Shown here piece after piece: positions 36,966-49,300 of a stretch of DNA of 64,000 nucleotides. A program made the position numbers and the translations under genes. The notes under the pieces are model-generated. The model was not told the DNA's origin. It was given only the letters and a program-made list of their open reading frames with translations, and ran no database searches. This stretch comes from Nitrososphaerales archaeon (GTDB lineage Archaea > Thermoproteota > Nitrososphaeria > Nitrososphaerales > UBA213). The DNA is taken from assembly GCA_965197925.1 (NCBI GenBank), contig CBDAOC010000016.1:64001-128000 (forward strand), written 5' to 3'. The stretch's first letter is position 1, and each line of letters opens with the position of its first letter.

Positions 36966-39900
36966 ATTAACATATCTACTTAATGACCATGGACTATAAG
37001 TATCTGGTGTAGTAGCAGTATTAACTGCTCTTATTTGAAACTCATGCCAAAATCCTAAATCATAATCACTACCATCACTATCACTAGCAATAACAACATT
37101 ACTAAGTGATGAAATATCCACTGAATCATCTGATGGATCACTAACCATAGTAGTAGCCCAATCCCGTGATCCTGAACCATCATCGACATATGCAACTCTA
37201 TACCGGACTTCTATTTCATCTGTCAAACCTGATAAATCGCTATCACTTTCAAGATCCCAAGTTGCCGTAACAGATGTATCACTAACTCTATCAACTTCAA
37301 AATCATATGGAATAGATGGAATAGTAGGGGCACTTACATCATCATCAATAATAAAAGCAAACATGGCTCCATATACTGGATGATCGTGAACAGGCTGAGC
37401 AGTATGCCGCACACCAGATGAATCTTTATCGCCCTCTTCACTTCGAGAACTAGAACCTGCAAAGGTTAAACTTATATGCACAGGAGTTGATGCTAAACGA
37501 TACCTTGGCTCATCTTGATTAGCATTTAAACCAACAATCCAGACGCTAACAGTATAGGTACCAGCAGGTATATCAGTAAAACTAACATCAGGACTACCCC
37601 TAGAAGAGAATTTTTGATAAAGTCTAGACCCAACAGCACCAGATAAAGAACCTGTAGATGTTTTATGCATCTCCACTCGCGCTTGCGTAGCCTGAGTGTT
37701 AACATGAGTAGAATCAGGTCCACTCCAACGAATAACTACGGAACTATCAGTTTTATTATTTAATGTAACAGAGGAAGCTGGATTCCAAACTATAGTTGTA
37801 TCCGCCCTAGTAGTACGAACTCTAGGGCCAGAACCCCACGGCCCTACCATACCATCATGCATATAGCGCATACGATAATCAAAATAAGAAGCACTATTAC
37901 TATGTGATAACGCAGATGTATTACCACTTCTATGTATTTGTCGATAAATACTACTAGTACTTAAACTTATAATACGATAATTAACCCAATCATCGTCGTC
38001 ATCTCGAGAATCTCTACGACTAATTTGAATACTTTCATATAATGGATCCGAAGCAGTCTCAGTCCACCATAAAACATACTGACGAGTACTATTTGTATTA
38101 TACCAACCACCAGACACAGGAGATTGAGTTATAGTAGCACTTGTACTAAACGTCAATTCTGAAGACCATGGACCAGAACTAACACCAGAGGCCGTAGCGC
38201 GAACTCTAACAATATAACTAGTATTCAAACTTAATCCAGTAACTTCAACTGAGGCTACTGTAGAAGTAGTTCGCCTTGAATTAGTAAAAGCTTGAGAAGA
38301 TGTTCTCCACTGTATCTCATATACAGACGCACCAGTAACAGAACCCCATGCAAGATGTAAACTTATATACCCAGTACGTGATGTACGAACTCCCGATACT
38401 TGTCCTAATGCTGCTGGCGTATCAGTTCTAACACTACGCGTACTAGACCATGCACCATCCGTAAGTCCACTAGCTGTAGCACGCACACGAACATAGTACA
38501 AAGTACCACTATTAAGAGAAGCCACCGTTGCAGAACGACTACTTGTAGAACGCTGACGAGAAGTAGAAAAACTCTGACTACTGCTACGCCACTGATATGT
38601 GTATGATGTAGCACTAGCAACCGAACTCCAAGCAAAACTAATAGTAGTTTCAGTAGATGAAATACTAGTAATAGATGTTTGCCCTAATCCCGCAGCATCA
38701 GTCATAACTGAAAATTCAGCAGACCACTCACCGTCTAGAAAACCGCTAGCAGTAGCACGAACACGAACAAAATAAGTTGTACTTTCCAACAGACCAGTGA
38801 TAGTTCTACTACTAGATGACGTAGTAGACTGTCTACTAGTACTAAAACTCTGAGTAGAACGTCTCCACTGAACAATATAACTAGTAGCACCAGATATTGA
38901 ACTCCAATCAACAAAAATACTACTACTAGACGGTGCTCTACCAGTATGAATACTAACTCTACCTAATTGTTGAGCTTCCGTTGTAGCACTATTTTCAAAA
39001 GACCAATCTCCATCATCTAATCCACTAGCAGTAGCTCTAACTCTTACGTAATATGTAGTGTTAGATGAAAGACCTGTTATTCTTCGACTAGTTCCATTAG
39101 TAGTTAATTGTCTACTAGTACTGAAACTTTGAGAAGATGTTCTCCACTGAACAATATAATTATCCGCATTAAAGACAGAAGACCAAGAAGTATTAATAGC
39201 ATTAGATCCATCCGCAGAGACAGATAAACCTCTAACACGATCTAGAGTTTGCTGTTCAGTAGTAGCTCTCTCTTCATCAGACCACGCATCTTCATCTATG
39301 TAACCAGCAGCTTCACCACGAACTCTAATGAAATAAGAAGTTTCCCCACTCAATCCAGATATAGTACGCGAAGTAGCAGTTGTAGTAAATTGTCTACTAC
39401 TTGAAGAAAAACTCTGTCCAGAAGTACGATATTGAACAATATAACTAGTAGCATTGCTTACACTATTCCAAGAAACAGCAATACTATCATTACTAGGAAT
39501 CAAACTTAAACCATCTACAATAGCTAATGACGGTTTTCCAGATATTTCACGATAAGTAAATGAGTTAGTAACCAACAAGGACTCTACAGAACTAAGAGAA
39601 ACATTCCAATCATCACTAATCTTATACAATGCATCTCTACTACCAGTTTCTTCTAGTCCTGACATAGCCTCAATATCAGGAATACGTACACCATCTTTAA
39701 CATCTAAAATATAAAAAACAGGTATTCCAGATGCGCTATTAATAGTAACAACTCCTATTCTATAGATAGAATCTGCTGGAATATTCCATACATCATACAT
39801 ATCATTTGCATCAGAACCGATAGAAAAGTCAGGACTGTTATTAGACAACAACGCTAAACGACTACTATATGAATCATAATAAGCTACACGAGGAGCGAAT

Positions 39901-40349
39901 CCACCTAAACGAGTAAGCTCTTCTTCCATGAAAGCGGAATCCTCTACCACAGCCGATAATAAATTAGCCCGAGCACGAGAAAACGCTTCAACAAAAGCTA
40001 AACCCGGAATTTTAGATATATAAGCATCATCAGTGATACTAGCAGCAAACCCAGAAGGATCGGCATTATACTGCCTATACGACAAATTAGCTGCACCACT
40101 AGACCAAATAATGTCCTCATCAGCCCCTACAGATACAAAGTTACCATAACTACCATCAACAATAGCAAGTCTACCTACATTACCATTGTTATCAACATAG
40201 CTCTGCTTACCTTTACCAAAGAGTATATCGCCACGTGTAACCGATCTATTAGCACCCGATTCTAATAAATTACAAACAAGATTGACAAAAAAACTTTCAT
40301 GCAATGCACTATTTTCACCTATAGTAGTAGGCAAACTTATCCAAGCCAT
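36948..40349 (-). CDS. Fibronectin type III repeat tail/receptor-binding protein
   Basis: Five similar tandem Fn3 units (W.SV..A.SY.VQWR..SQSFS.SRQ...GL...T.Y.VRVRA...W) plus more divergent C-terminal Ig-like domains. Confidence 0.85.
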   Translation of the reverse strand: MAWISLPTTIGENSALHESFFVNLVCNLLESGANRSVTRGDILFGKGKQSYVDNNGNVGRLAIVDGSYGNFVSVGADEDIIWSSGAANLSYRQYNADPSGFAASITDDAYISKIPGLAFVEAFSRARANLLSAVVEDSAFMEEELTRLGGFAPRVAYYDSYSSRLALLSNNSPDFSIGSDANDMYDVWNIPADSIYRIGVVTINSASGIPVFYILDVKDGVRIPDIEAMSGLEETGSRDALYKISDDWNVSLSSVESLLVTNSFTYREISGKPSLAIVDGLSLIPSNDSIAVSWNSVSNATSYIVQYRTSGQSFSSSSRQFTTTATSRTISGLSGETSYFIRVRGEAAGYIDEDAWSDEERATTEQQTLDRVRGLSVSADGSNAINTSWSSVFNADNYIVQWRTSSQSFSTSRQLTTNGTSRRITGLSSNTTYYVRVRATASGLDDGDWSFENSATTEAQQLGRVSIHTGRAPSSSSIFVDWSSISGATSYIVQWRRSTQSFSTSRQSTTSSSSRTITGLLESTTYFVRVRATASGFLDGEWSAEFSVMTDAAGLGQTSITSISSTETTISFAWSSVASATSYTYQWRSSSQSFSTSRQRSTSSRSATVASLNSGTLYYVRVRATASGLTDGAWSSTRSVRTDTPAALGQVSGVRTSRTGYISLHLAWGSVTGASVYEIQWRTSSQAFTNSRRTTSTVASVEVTGLSLNTSYIVRVRATASGVSSGPWSSELTFSTSATITQSPVSGGWYNTNSTRQYVLWWTETASDPLYESIQISRRDSRDDDDDWVNYRIISLSTSSIYRQIHRSGNTSALSHSNSASYFDYRMRYMHDGMVGPWGSGPRVRTTRADTTIVWNPASSVTLNNKTDSSVVIRWSGPDSTHVNTQATQARVEMHKTSTGSLSGAVGSRLYQKFSSRGSPDVSFTDIPAGTYTVSVWIVGLNANQDEPRYRLASTPVHISLTFAGSSSRSEEGDKDSSGVRHTAQPVHDHPVYGAMFAFIIDDDVSAPTIPSIPYDFEVDRVSDTSVTATWDLESDSDLSGLTDEIEVRYRVAYVDDGSGSRDWATTMVSDPSDDSVDISSLSNVVIASDSDGSDYDLGFWHEFQIRAVNTATTPDTYSPWSLSRYVNLARST

Positions 40350-40351
40350 AA

Positions 40352-41155
40352 TTAAAACCTATAAAACAATGTTACGAATAAATATCTAAATGAGTCTCCA
40401 TAGAATTCTTCTCTATAAAAACTAGTTAAATCTACCAAATTAAAACCAGGAAGTGAAAAATCAAATCCCGTAGCAGCAATCTCAAAATTAACAACCTGAA
40501 CATTTGAAGAAGCATTCAATCCTAAAATATCGTTGTTAGAAAAGTATGAATTTAATGCCAATACATTAGTAGAAAAATCTGATTGTGCAACCAGCATTGT
40601 TATTTCCACCGTTGAATTGCACCGTAAAGTAATTGTATCACTTCCTTCCAAACCTAAACGAATAATATCTAAATTACTATTATCAATAACAATCATAGGA
40701 TCTTCATATTCTTCGTCAACATCAAGTTCAATCCAACTATCCGTTGCTGAACGTCTATATTCAATCCTACGATCTCTATGAGGACGTCGAACAAATAAAC
40801 TACTGACCGCAAAGCTTTCGCCTATAAGTGCACCCGCACTAGACAATACGTCATCAGCTGAATCATCACCAAGAAATGGCCCCAATGAATCACTGTTTAA
40901 CAATAACACATCATCTAATCCTCTCCAAACCGGTAGATCTGTAACACCTATATCGTTGACAAGATATAAATCACTAGCACTAGGAACAGCTAAACGCCGT
41001 AACTCGCCATCACCCTCTCCTATAGCTATATCACCAGCCTCTTGCCAATAATTAGGCGCAAGTTGATAGATTGTCTCAATAATACTATTCATATTAATAG
41101 CACGCAACGCACTTTGATTCATAAATGAAGCACTTTGCAGTGTATCCCATACCAT
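40352..41155 (-). CDS. Minor tail protein (putative)
   Basis: Position in the tail module; N-terminal GDIAIG.G...RL motif also seen in 36948-40349. Confidence 0.5.
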   Translation of the reverse strand: MVWDTLQSASFMNQSALRAINMNSIIETIYQLAPNYWQEAGDIAIGEGDGELRRLAVPSASDLYLVNDIGVTDLPVWRGLDDVLLLNSDSLGPFLGDDSADDVLSSAGALIGESFAVSSLFVRRPHRDRRIEYRRSATDSWIELDVDEEYEDPMIVIDNSNLDIIRLGLEGSDTITLRCNSTVEITMLVAQSDFSTNVLALNSYFSNNDILGLNASSNVQVVNFEIAATGFDFSLPGFNLVDLTSFYREEFYGDSFRYLFVTLFYRF

Positions 41156-41610
41156 TATAAATTATCCTTATTCTCTAAAATTAAAGATGCCAAAGTCTCA
41201 TGTGCATATCCATTTCTATTTACCGCATGAGGACGTAGTAATAAAACATCCTCAATATTCTTCCAATCTGGACGCAATAATACTCTATGAAATCCCTCAG
41301 AAACTTCACTCTCTATACACACTAAACATATCCACAACTCAGAACACTTTCGAATAACAGTCCTAGAACCACAACCAGAACATTCTGTACTCCAGACACC
41401 ACGAACAACATCTGCTACAGTAGTAACATACGACATTATAGGTTCCATAGTTTCCATATTAAACGGAAATAGAGATAACTTATCACCTAACGTATAACTT
41501 AAATAATGCACATACCCCACATCAGTAGTTATATCAAAATCTAAACTAACCCATGCTTGCGCTGCAAACATACTAATAAAATCATGAATACATTTTTTAT
41601 TAACAGACAT
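41155..41610 (-). CDS. Cys-motif tail-associated hypothetical protein
   Basis: CSGC...CLVC, LLLRP...RN...ETLASL..EN. Confidence 0.55.
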   Translation of the reverse strand: MSVNKKCIHDFISMFAAQAWVSLDFDITTDVGYVHYLSYTLGDKLSLFPFNMETMEPIMSYVTTVADVVRGVWSTECSGCGSRTVIRKCSELWICLVCIESEVSEGFHRVLLRPDWKNIEDVLLLRPHAVNRNGYAHETLASLILENKDNL

Positions 41611-44600
41611 TATGCTGAATACCCCGCACCACTATCTAATGTAGAACCCCCAATAATAAACGGCAATACACCAAAGAAGTCCAATGATCGAGATTCTAGT
41701 TCTAGTTCTACATAGTAAAATCCACCTTCCCATCTATGACGATATTTACGCAAATATGCGAAGCCACCAGGAAAAGCCCTATTACCAGAATCTATATCAT
41801 CAGTAAAGAACAACAAACGACCATCTCTATCTTCTTCTGTATTACCTATACCTTCATTCTCCAAAGCCAATGTATCGTCAAGCAACAATAGCTCTGATAA
41901 TTTACTTGATGTATCCCCATATATTCTAACAAAAAATGTATCTACACCTTCATGATAATTCTGCACAATATTACGTACTAACTGGGTACCTCTATCAACG
42001 GCTATCGTAGGATACACATTTCCAGGCCACTCACGACTACCATGGTCTGTTTCACTATCGGATACAGTACTAATAGTATTCTCGATACCATCAGATGTTA
42101 CTTGAATCTTAGCACCTATCTCAAGTGCTCGTCCTCTAATTATAACATTTCTAACACGTGCAACCTGTGAACTAGCACTATTATCAAAACGCATTACAGC
42201 TCTAGTAGCAGATAACTCTTCTATAATGTAACTAACAGACAGTGAGTCTAAGGTAGACATGAATGATGGCTCAGCATTACCAAGATAATCAATAACAGGT
42301 CCAGAAAATGTAGCAGTCAAATCATAAGTAGCCCCCGGAAGAATACGAAATTCAATATTACGTCTCCAGATTTCATCATCTTCTTCTGGTTCAATATACT
42401 CTACAACATCCAATTCTGCATGATTAACTACATACTCAACTTCAGATTGCTCCTGAACATTACCAATCAAAGCAAAGGAATCAGGATAAACACTAGGATC
42501 ACCAATAGTTTTCCTATCTAATGAAGCTGCTGTTCTACCTGTACCAAAGAACACTAACTCACCTAAATTATTTTCATAAAAAGTAGATGGTGGACCTTCT
42601 GTGTTTACTAATCTTTGAATAGCTTGCCATCCAGTTTCGCCACTTAACCACCAGTACGATAGAATAGTAGAAAACTGAGAATCTGTAAGAGAAAAACCAT
42701 CTCCCCAATCAGCCGCAGACAAAACTTTGCGAAGAGCCTTAGCAACAGAACTATCTGATAACACCTCACTGTATAATTTATCTCTAGTTAATCTACTAGT
42801 CATACCCAAAGCATTGATAGTATAAGTAAATAAATTCTGATTAAACTTATATCCAACAGTATCTACAACTCCAGTAAACACAGCTTTGCACTCACCGCCA
42901 GGCAGCATACCCAACAAAGAGACCTCTGTACCACTAACATAGGGACGTGTGTAATAAATACCAGAACTACCATCCTCAGTAGCTTCATGATCCCAAATCT
43001 TACATCTCATTGCAGGAACTCTAGGTGGAGTAAGCTGTCTCTGAGAATCTCTACCACGAACTACAGACGCTTCCAAAGCTACTACAGCATCAGATTTATA
43101 CACAAAACTAGGAATACCACCATACCAAACTTGAACATCATTATCAGTTACATAATATAGTCTACTAACATCCTCACTAGTTTCACAACTAAGCGCATCG
43201 TCATCAAAACTAATAGAATTACCAGAAGGCTTAGTGTCAGCAACAATAAGTTCACCTGATACACCATTAAACAAATCAATCTCTATGTTAGAAATATTAT
43301 CTACAACACGATGAATTTTCAAAACAAGCGGAATATTTATATAGTCATTGTTTAAAATCCATACCCATCTATCATTCGAACCTTCTTGAATTTTAACGCC
43401 ATCAGTATACTTAGAAAAAATGATAGATAAAGTATCCGCAGTTATAGTTGCTATAGTATCAGCAATTATATCTTCATGCGCATAGGTAGTTATATATAAT
43501 TGCATACTACTATCTCTACCGTCATCATTAGTAAAATGAAGAGCCTGCGTACTTCCATCATCTATTTCTCTAATCTCTCTAGTCCCTACATGTACTATAG
43601 GCATAGTTGCCACAACATCTTCAGAAGAAGATAATACGTGATAAATACTATCTAATGCATCCTCTTCATCAGTACGCACAATAATAACTTCTGATCTATC
43701 ACCATCAGCTGAACCCTCATATATAGCATATACTCTAATAGAATAACTAGTATCAGAAGACAAATTACCTAATCTATATGTTATAGAATTAACTAACACA
43801 GAAGAGTAATCACCACTCAAACCTAATCTACGATACTCTACAACATATTTTACATCTATATCATCTGTAGAGACAGGATCATTTACAGCATCCCAAGATA
43901 AGTCTATTGCAAGATGAGAAAAAACACTTCCAGATAAATTGTCTACTTGATTAGGTGTAGAATGCGCATAAGTGGCAACAGAAACTTCAGCTGAAACCAA
44001 ACCATTTTCTGCATCATCACGCAACGCCGTAACTTGAATAAAATACTCTGTATCAGCAGACAAACTAGTTATAGAATGTGTAGTATCTGGAACAGATTGA
44101 TCGTGTTGATTAGTTGAATCAAATACATCACCATCTACTCTCCACTGAATACGGTAATCATCCGCATGTAGTACAGAAGACCAAGATACATCTAGACGAG
44201 TATCACTATATGCAACAACTACCACTCCTATAACTTGTCCAGGAGTAGATGGAGAAACCGTAACATCTAACTCTCTAGATCCACCATTACCACTAACATT
44301 AACAGCAAAAACTATATAATTATAACTAATATCACTATCAAAATCATGAGCAGAAGTAACATCCGTATACGTTACAATAGAACCACTACTATCAAAAGTA
44401 GCTTCAGGTGCACCAGATGTACCTATACGTCTTTCTATACGATAGCTACCAACATCACCACCATCAGAAGGTGCATCCCATTCAAGGACAACATGTCTAG
44501 ATAAGTTAACCGTTGCAGTAAGATTAGAAATTCTACCAGGAGCTTCTACTAATGTAGTTACAGTAAGAACAGAAGACCATATACCTACAACACTATTTGG

Positions 44601-45938
44601 ATAAGGAACTCCATCAACTTCAGTTGAAGAACCAAAATGACGTCTAGCTCTAATACGCACATAATACGTAGTTTCAACATCTAGACTAGAAATCTCATAA
44701 AACTCTACAGGATTAATTGAAGCATCTAAAAACTCTATTAAATCTTCATCATCTCCTAAATCAGCTATACTTTCAGCCCACTGAATTTCATAATCATCAG
44801 CATGAAGAACAGCGAACCAATCCAACGCAATAACATCATGACTAGATGAAAACCTAATATCAGTGACTTGACCTGGAGTTGGTGGTCGATCAACACGCAA
44901 TTTAGCTGTAAGAGAACCAGTTTCTGAAAACTCGGCTTCTAGTTTTACATCAGGAATCACACGCAAAGTAGCACTAATACTACCATCTTCAGATAAATTA
45001 GCACCAAGATCCACATTTGCAGGCCCTACTAACGTAGTAGATAAAACGGGAACAGTAGTCTCAGAAGGACGACCTCTACGTCTAGCTACTATAGTAAAAC
45101 TATATTCCTTTGCATATTGTAAAGGGATAGACTCTAAATCAGCATTTACTGCATGACTAATACGTTCCGATGTAGTTTCCCGATCCTGAACATGTACCTC
45201 GGTACCAATACTAGCAGAATCATCAGTTCGAAAGAACTCGATAGTATAACTATCTACGTCTAATTCAATAGATTCATCCCAACTAAGATCAAATCCAACA
45301 GTTCGACGACTAGGCGGATTAACATAAATAGGTGTTACAGTAAAACCCGTAACAGGAAGTGGTGGATCCAGATTATCTACATTACCGAAAGCAGTAATAG
45401 AATCTGTTTCAGAAAGCCTAGCAGACAAAGAAACAGAAGGTGGAAAACTTACAGAAATACTACCAGAAATAAAACCAGTTTCAGATAGCTCAGCTTCGAG
45501 TTGATCTGGAGCTAAAGCAACAGTATCACGAATTTCTATAGTAGTAGAAACACTTGAATTATAGTTAGTGACTATATCTGCCATCACTGCAACAGTATCT
45601 GAATCAGTAACCGTCCAAGAGTATGGTTCAGACATATCTACAAATGATAATCTAATTACATATGTACCATGAGTAATCTCGACATACCCATTAGTATGTA
45701 CAGCATCTGTAAAAGACTGTTCAGCAGGACTAAAAAATTCAGAAGTAGTACTACTCAACCCAAGAGTAAAAGCACCGCCAGCAAAAATACCTAAACGAGA
45801 AATATACGCCGTACCACCATCTTCTAAAAGATCAGATAAAACGGGACCCACATACGGAAATGGATCCCATATAACACTCATAGCAACAGAATTTACCGTT
45901 ACATCCGTTGCGGGAAATGTACCTATCCAAGATGCCAT
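41610..45938 (-). CDS. Large tail tip/hub protein with Fn3 domains
   Basis: About five Fn3 repeats in the N-terminal half; C-terminal half has VFTG.V, L..AD W and FYEN..GELVF hub-like motifs; lies downstream of the TMP. Confidence 0.75.
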   Translation of the reverse strand: MASWIGTFPATDVTVNSVAMSVIWDPFPYVGPVLSDLLEDGGTAYISRLGIFAGGAFTLGLSSTTSEFFSPAEQSFTDAVHTNGYVEITHGTYVIRLSFVDMSEPYSWTVTDSDTVAVMADIVTNYNSSVSTTIEIRDTVALAPDQLEAELSETGFISGSISVSFPPSVSLSARLSETDSITAFGNVDNLDPPLPVTGFTVTPIYVNPPSRRTVGFDLSWDESIELDVDSYTIEFFRTDDSASIGTEVHVQDRETTSERISHAVNADLESIPLQYAKEYSFTIVARRRGRPSETTVPVLSTTLVGPANVDLGANLSEDGSISATLRVIPDVKLEAEFSETGSLTAKLRVDRPPTPGQVTDIRFSSSHDVIALDWFAVLHADDYEIQWAESIADLGDDEDLIEFLDASINPVEFYEISSLDVETTYYVRIRARRHFGSSTEVDGVPYPNSVVGIWSSVLTVTTLVEAPGRISNLTATVNLSRHVVLEWDAPSDGGDVGSYRIERRIGTSGAPEATFDSSGSIVTYTDVTSAHDFDSDISYNYIVFAVNVSGNGGSRELDVTVSPSTPGQVIGVVVVAYSDTRLDVSWSSVLHADDYRIQWRVDGDVFDSTNQHDQSVPDTTHSITSLSADTEYFIQVTALRDDAENGLVSAEVSVATYAHSTPNQVDNLSGSVFSHLAIDLSWDAVNDPVSTDDIDVKYVVEYRRLGLSGDYSSVLVNSITYRLGNLSSDTSYSIRVYAIYEGSADGDRSEVIIVRTDEEDALDSIYHVLSSSEDVVATMPIVHVGTREIREIDDGSTQALHFTNDDGRDSSMQLYITTYAHEDIIADTIATITADTLSIIFSKYTDGVKIQEGSNDRWVWILNNDYINIPLVLKIHRVVDNISNIEIDLFNGVSGELIVADTKPSGNSISFDDDALSCETSEDVSRLYYVTDNDVQVWYGGIPSFVYKSDAVVALEASVVRGRDSQRQLTPPRVPAMRCKIWDHEATEDGSSGIYYTRPYVSGTEVSLLGMLPGGECKAVFTGVVDTVGYKFNQNLFTYTINALGMTSRLTRDKLYSEVLSDSSVAKALRKVLSAADWGDGFSLTDSQFSTILSYWWLSGETGWQAIQRLVNTEGPPSTFYENNLGELVFFGTGRTAASLDRKTIGDPSVYPDSFALIGNVQEQSEVEYVVNHAELDVVEYIEPEEDDEIWRRNIEFRILPGATYDLTATFSGPVIDYLGNAEPSFMSTLDSLSVSYIIEELSATRAVMRFDNSASSQVARVRNVIIRGRALEIGAKIQVTSDGIENTISTVSDSETDHGSREWPGNVYPTIAVDRGTQLVRNIVQNYHEGVDTFFVRIYGDTSSKLSELLLLDDTLALENEGIGNTEEDRDGRLLFFTDDIDSGNRAFPGGFAYLRKYRHRWEGGFYYVELELESRSLDFFGVLPFIIGGSTLDSGAGYSA

Positions 45939-45944
45939 AGTATA

Positions 45945-46310
45945 TTAACTCCAAGCAGTACTAGCTATAGCTACACGCGCATAATCATTTCCTGATAACT
46001 CATTAGATCCATCAGTTCCCGGATCCGCACTATGCAAAGAAATATATCTCGTACCTGAAATATAACCATTTAATGCTTGTTGCGCACCAGCAACTGTAAA
46101 ATCATCATTACTAATTTCAACAACTAACATAGTTGCTGCAAATGAAACAGTTGCACCATCAGTAGGTGCATCTACGTCATTAGATAAACCTACACGGCCT
46201 AAAAATGTACCACCAGTAGCTGCTGTCCAAATACCCACAAAAGTTGGATCAGCCCAATCATCCGAAGGTACAGGAAAAGTCACTGCCGATGTATTTGAAT
46301 AACTTGCCAT
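45945..46310 (-). CDS. Small virion structural protein
   Basis: VTFP....W....GIWTAATGG and YISLHSADPG..G..E.SG..YARVA motifs typical of phage tail proteins. Confidence 0.7.
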   Translation of the reverse strand: MASYSNTSAVTFPVPSDDWADPTFVGIWTAATGGTFLGRVGLSNDVDAPTDGATVSFAATMLVVEISNDDFTVAGAQQALNGYISGTRYISLHSADPGTDGSNELSGNDYARVAIASTAWS

Positions 46311-46325
46311 AAATAATTCTCCTTT

Positions 46326-49300
46326 TTATAGCGCACCACGTCCTGAACGCAATGCTAATTCTTGTGCTTCTAGTATAACATTAACTACCTCTTCTCCGCC
46401 CATTTCAAGACTTACGTGATTTTCAAGAAGAAGTACACCATCACCAGAAGCATTAACACTATCCATATAACTATCAGTAGCACCAGACATACCTATAATC
46501 ATAGAAGGTACAGACGCGAGCATATCCTTAATTGGTTGTAGCATAATTTCACTAGCAGTCCCCGTCATAGACTTCATAGAATCTGCAGATCTAGCAAACG
46601 CTTCAGCAAAAATACCAGGAACTTTACTAAGAGGAAGAATAGCTTCACCTTCACCCATTTCAGCGACATTCAAAGCTACACCACCAGAAGTAGGTAATGC
46701 AAAACCACCTTGCCAAGTATCTTGACCAGTATCTATACCTTGCGCATCTGTAGTACCAATATTAGGATCACCAGGTTGCGCACCAGGTGTTGTTCCACCG
46801 CCTGGGCCACCACCACCTGGGCCACCACCGCCTGGGCCACCACCACCTGGGCCACCACCACCTGGGCCACCACCACCTGGGCCACCACCGCCTGGGCCAC
46901 CACCACCTGGGCCACCACCACCTGGGCCACCACCACCTGGGCCACCACCACCTGGGCCACCACCGCCTGGGCCACCACCGCCTGGGCCACCACCACCTGG
47001 GCCACCACCGCCTCCACCTCTACTTCCTGAAGACGAATACGTAGTATGTACACTAATATTTATAGTTTTATCCTTTAACCTATCATAAACATCAGCAATA
47101 TCATCAAACACATTCTGAACATCATGACTCGCAGACAACAAACTATCAGAGCCATTAACTCTATTCTTCAAGCCTATAATAGCATTATATACATCTTCAT
47201 TTAATGTATCAAATAGAGTATCAACCTTCGATTGGACCTCAATTCCAAATGCAGAGGCTATACTATTATCCCCACCACCAATACTTCTAGTAAGACCCAC
47301 AATAGAATTGTACACATCTTCATTCAAAACATTGAACAAATTGTTAACCTTTGATTGCACATCAATTTCGAATGCCGACGCCAAACTATTGTCTGCTCCA
47401 CCAATACTTCTAGTAAGACCCACAATAGAATTGTACACATCTTCATTCAAAACATTGAACAAACTATCAACCTTTGACTGAACTTCAATTCCAAATGCAG
47501 AAGCTATACTATTGTCTCCACCACCAATACTACTAATAAGACCAACAATAGAATTATACACATCTTCATTTAAAGAATTGAACAAGTTAGTAACCTTCGA
47601 TTGCACATCAATTTCAAATGCAGAGGCTATACTATTATCTCCACTACCAATACTTGAAATAAGATTAACAATAGAATTGTGCATATCTTCATTTAATGTA
47701 TCAAATAAACTGTCAACCTTTGACTGAACTTCAATTCCAAATGCAGAAGCTATACTATTTTCTTCTCCGCCAATATTTAATTGTGTCTCTTCAATTTTAG
47801 AATTAAGTGTATCAATATCACTATAGATTTGATTCAATCCTGATACAACAGACTCCTCACTACCCATAAATGCCCCAGCAACACCTTCCGCAGCTTCTTG
47901 TACACTATTAATATCTGTAATTAATTGACCAAAATCAATACCAAAAGCACCACCAGATACGCGAGGATTGCCACCTAAATCACCACCAAACATAATACTA
48001 TTCCACATAGAACTATCAAGACCGCCTCCACTAGAACCTTGGCCGCCTCCACTAGAACCTTGACTAGCTCCTCCACTAGAACTAGAAAATCCAGGAATAC
48101 CACCAGGACCAAAAATATCTTCTGGAGTAAGGTCAAGACCGGCCATTTCCGCTACTATACTAAGGTATATAGCATCCGCCGCTTTCTTTGAAATAGTAGC
48201 TGAATCCATATCATCAGTTATACTATTAGACAAATCTTCCCAGAGTTTTTCAGCACCGTCTACACCTACCGCTTGAATAGATGCAAATAATTGTGCAAAC
48301 CCTATACCCATATCAGACGGATCCATTTTACTAATTACATCTCTATACGCTTTTATAATAGAGTCCAATGATAAACCTGCTGCCGCAGCACGCAAAACAT
48401 CTTCAAGTATATCCACCAAAGTACTTGAATCTATTTTCTCAGTAGGTAACAAATCTTTAATACTCTGACCAATATCAACAGGGTCTCCACCCATTAAAGC
48501 TAACTCATATGCAGCTTCCAACAACGCAACCAATTTTTCAGTAGAAATATCTGTAGGTAATAATGCTTTAATACTCTCAGTTATATTTACAGGATCTCCA
48601 CCTACAATAGCAATTTCATACGCTGATAATAGAATAGATTCTATTTGCGCAGCTGTAGTGTCGTCTGGCAACAATACTAATATACTACTTGCAATATCTA
48701 CAGGATCGCCATCTACTATAGCTACTTCATAAGCACTGATAAGAATTTTCTCTAATGCCTCACCATCTAACTTATCCGGAAGAATATTCAACAAATTTTC
48801 AGTAATACTACCACTATCTACTCCTTCCGCAGCAGCTAGAAAAGCTGCTTCCAACACTGATACTAAACCAGCATTAGACAACTTATCAGGAAGTATATCC
48901 ATCAACTTAGCACTAAGTTCCTCTACATCCACACCCGCCATCAATGCTGTAAAAGCTGCTTCAAATACCTTCTCAAAATCAATAGCAGACATATCATCAG
49001 GTAGAAGTCCCTTTAAGAACGCCTCTAAGTCTAATTTTGCCTCTTCCTGAACATCAGGAAATGCTATAGGAGCGCCTTCAAACAATTTGACACGACCAGT
49101 ATCACCAAATGTTTCGTATTGCTCAACCATCTGACCAGTAGCAACATCATAAACAGTTTCCATAGTACCATGTTTAATTTCATCAGGTACATCACGTTTA
49201 TCAGCTTGAGGATCTTTTTGATCCCATACTCCATCAATATATGTATACCATTTATCTCCCTTACGCTTTTGTTCTACCTTTCGTGTTATATCTTCAGTAA

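Noticed and set aside
36948..45938. Diversity-generating retroelement acting on tail proteins
   Set aside because: No reverse transcriptase and no template/variable repeat pair differing at adenines was seen
46710..47053. ORFs encoding (WATTT)n, (HHHLG)n and (VVAQV)n
   Set aside because: Alternative-frame shadows of the GGGGP repeat inside the TMP
46801..47774. Possible CRISPR array
   Set aside because: Repeats are contiguous, in-frame coding units with no unique spacers, and no cas genes are present
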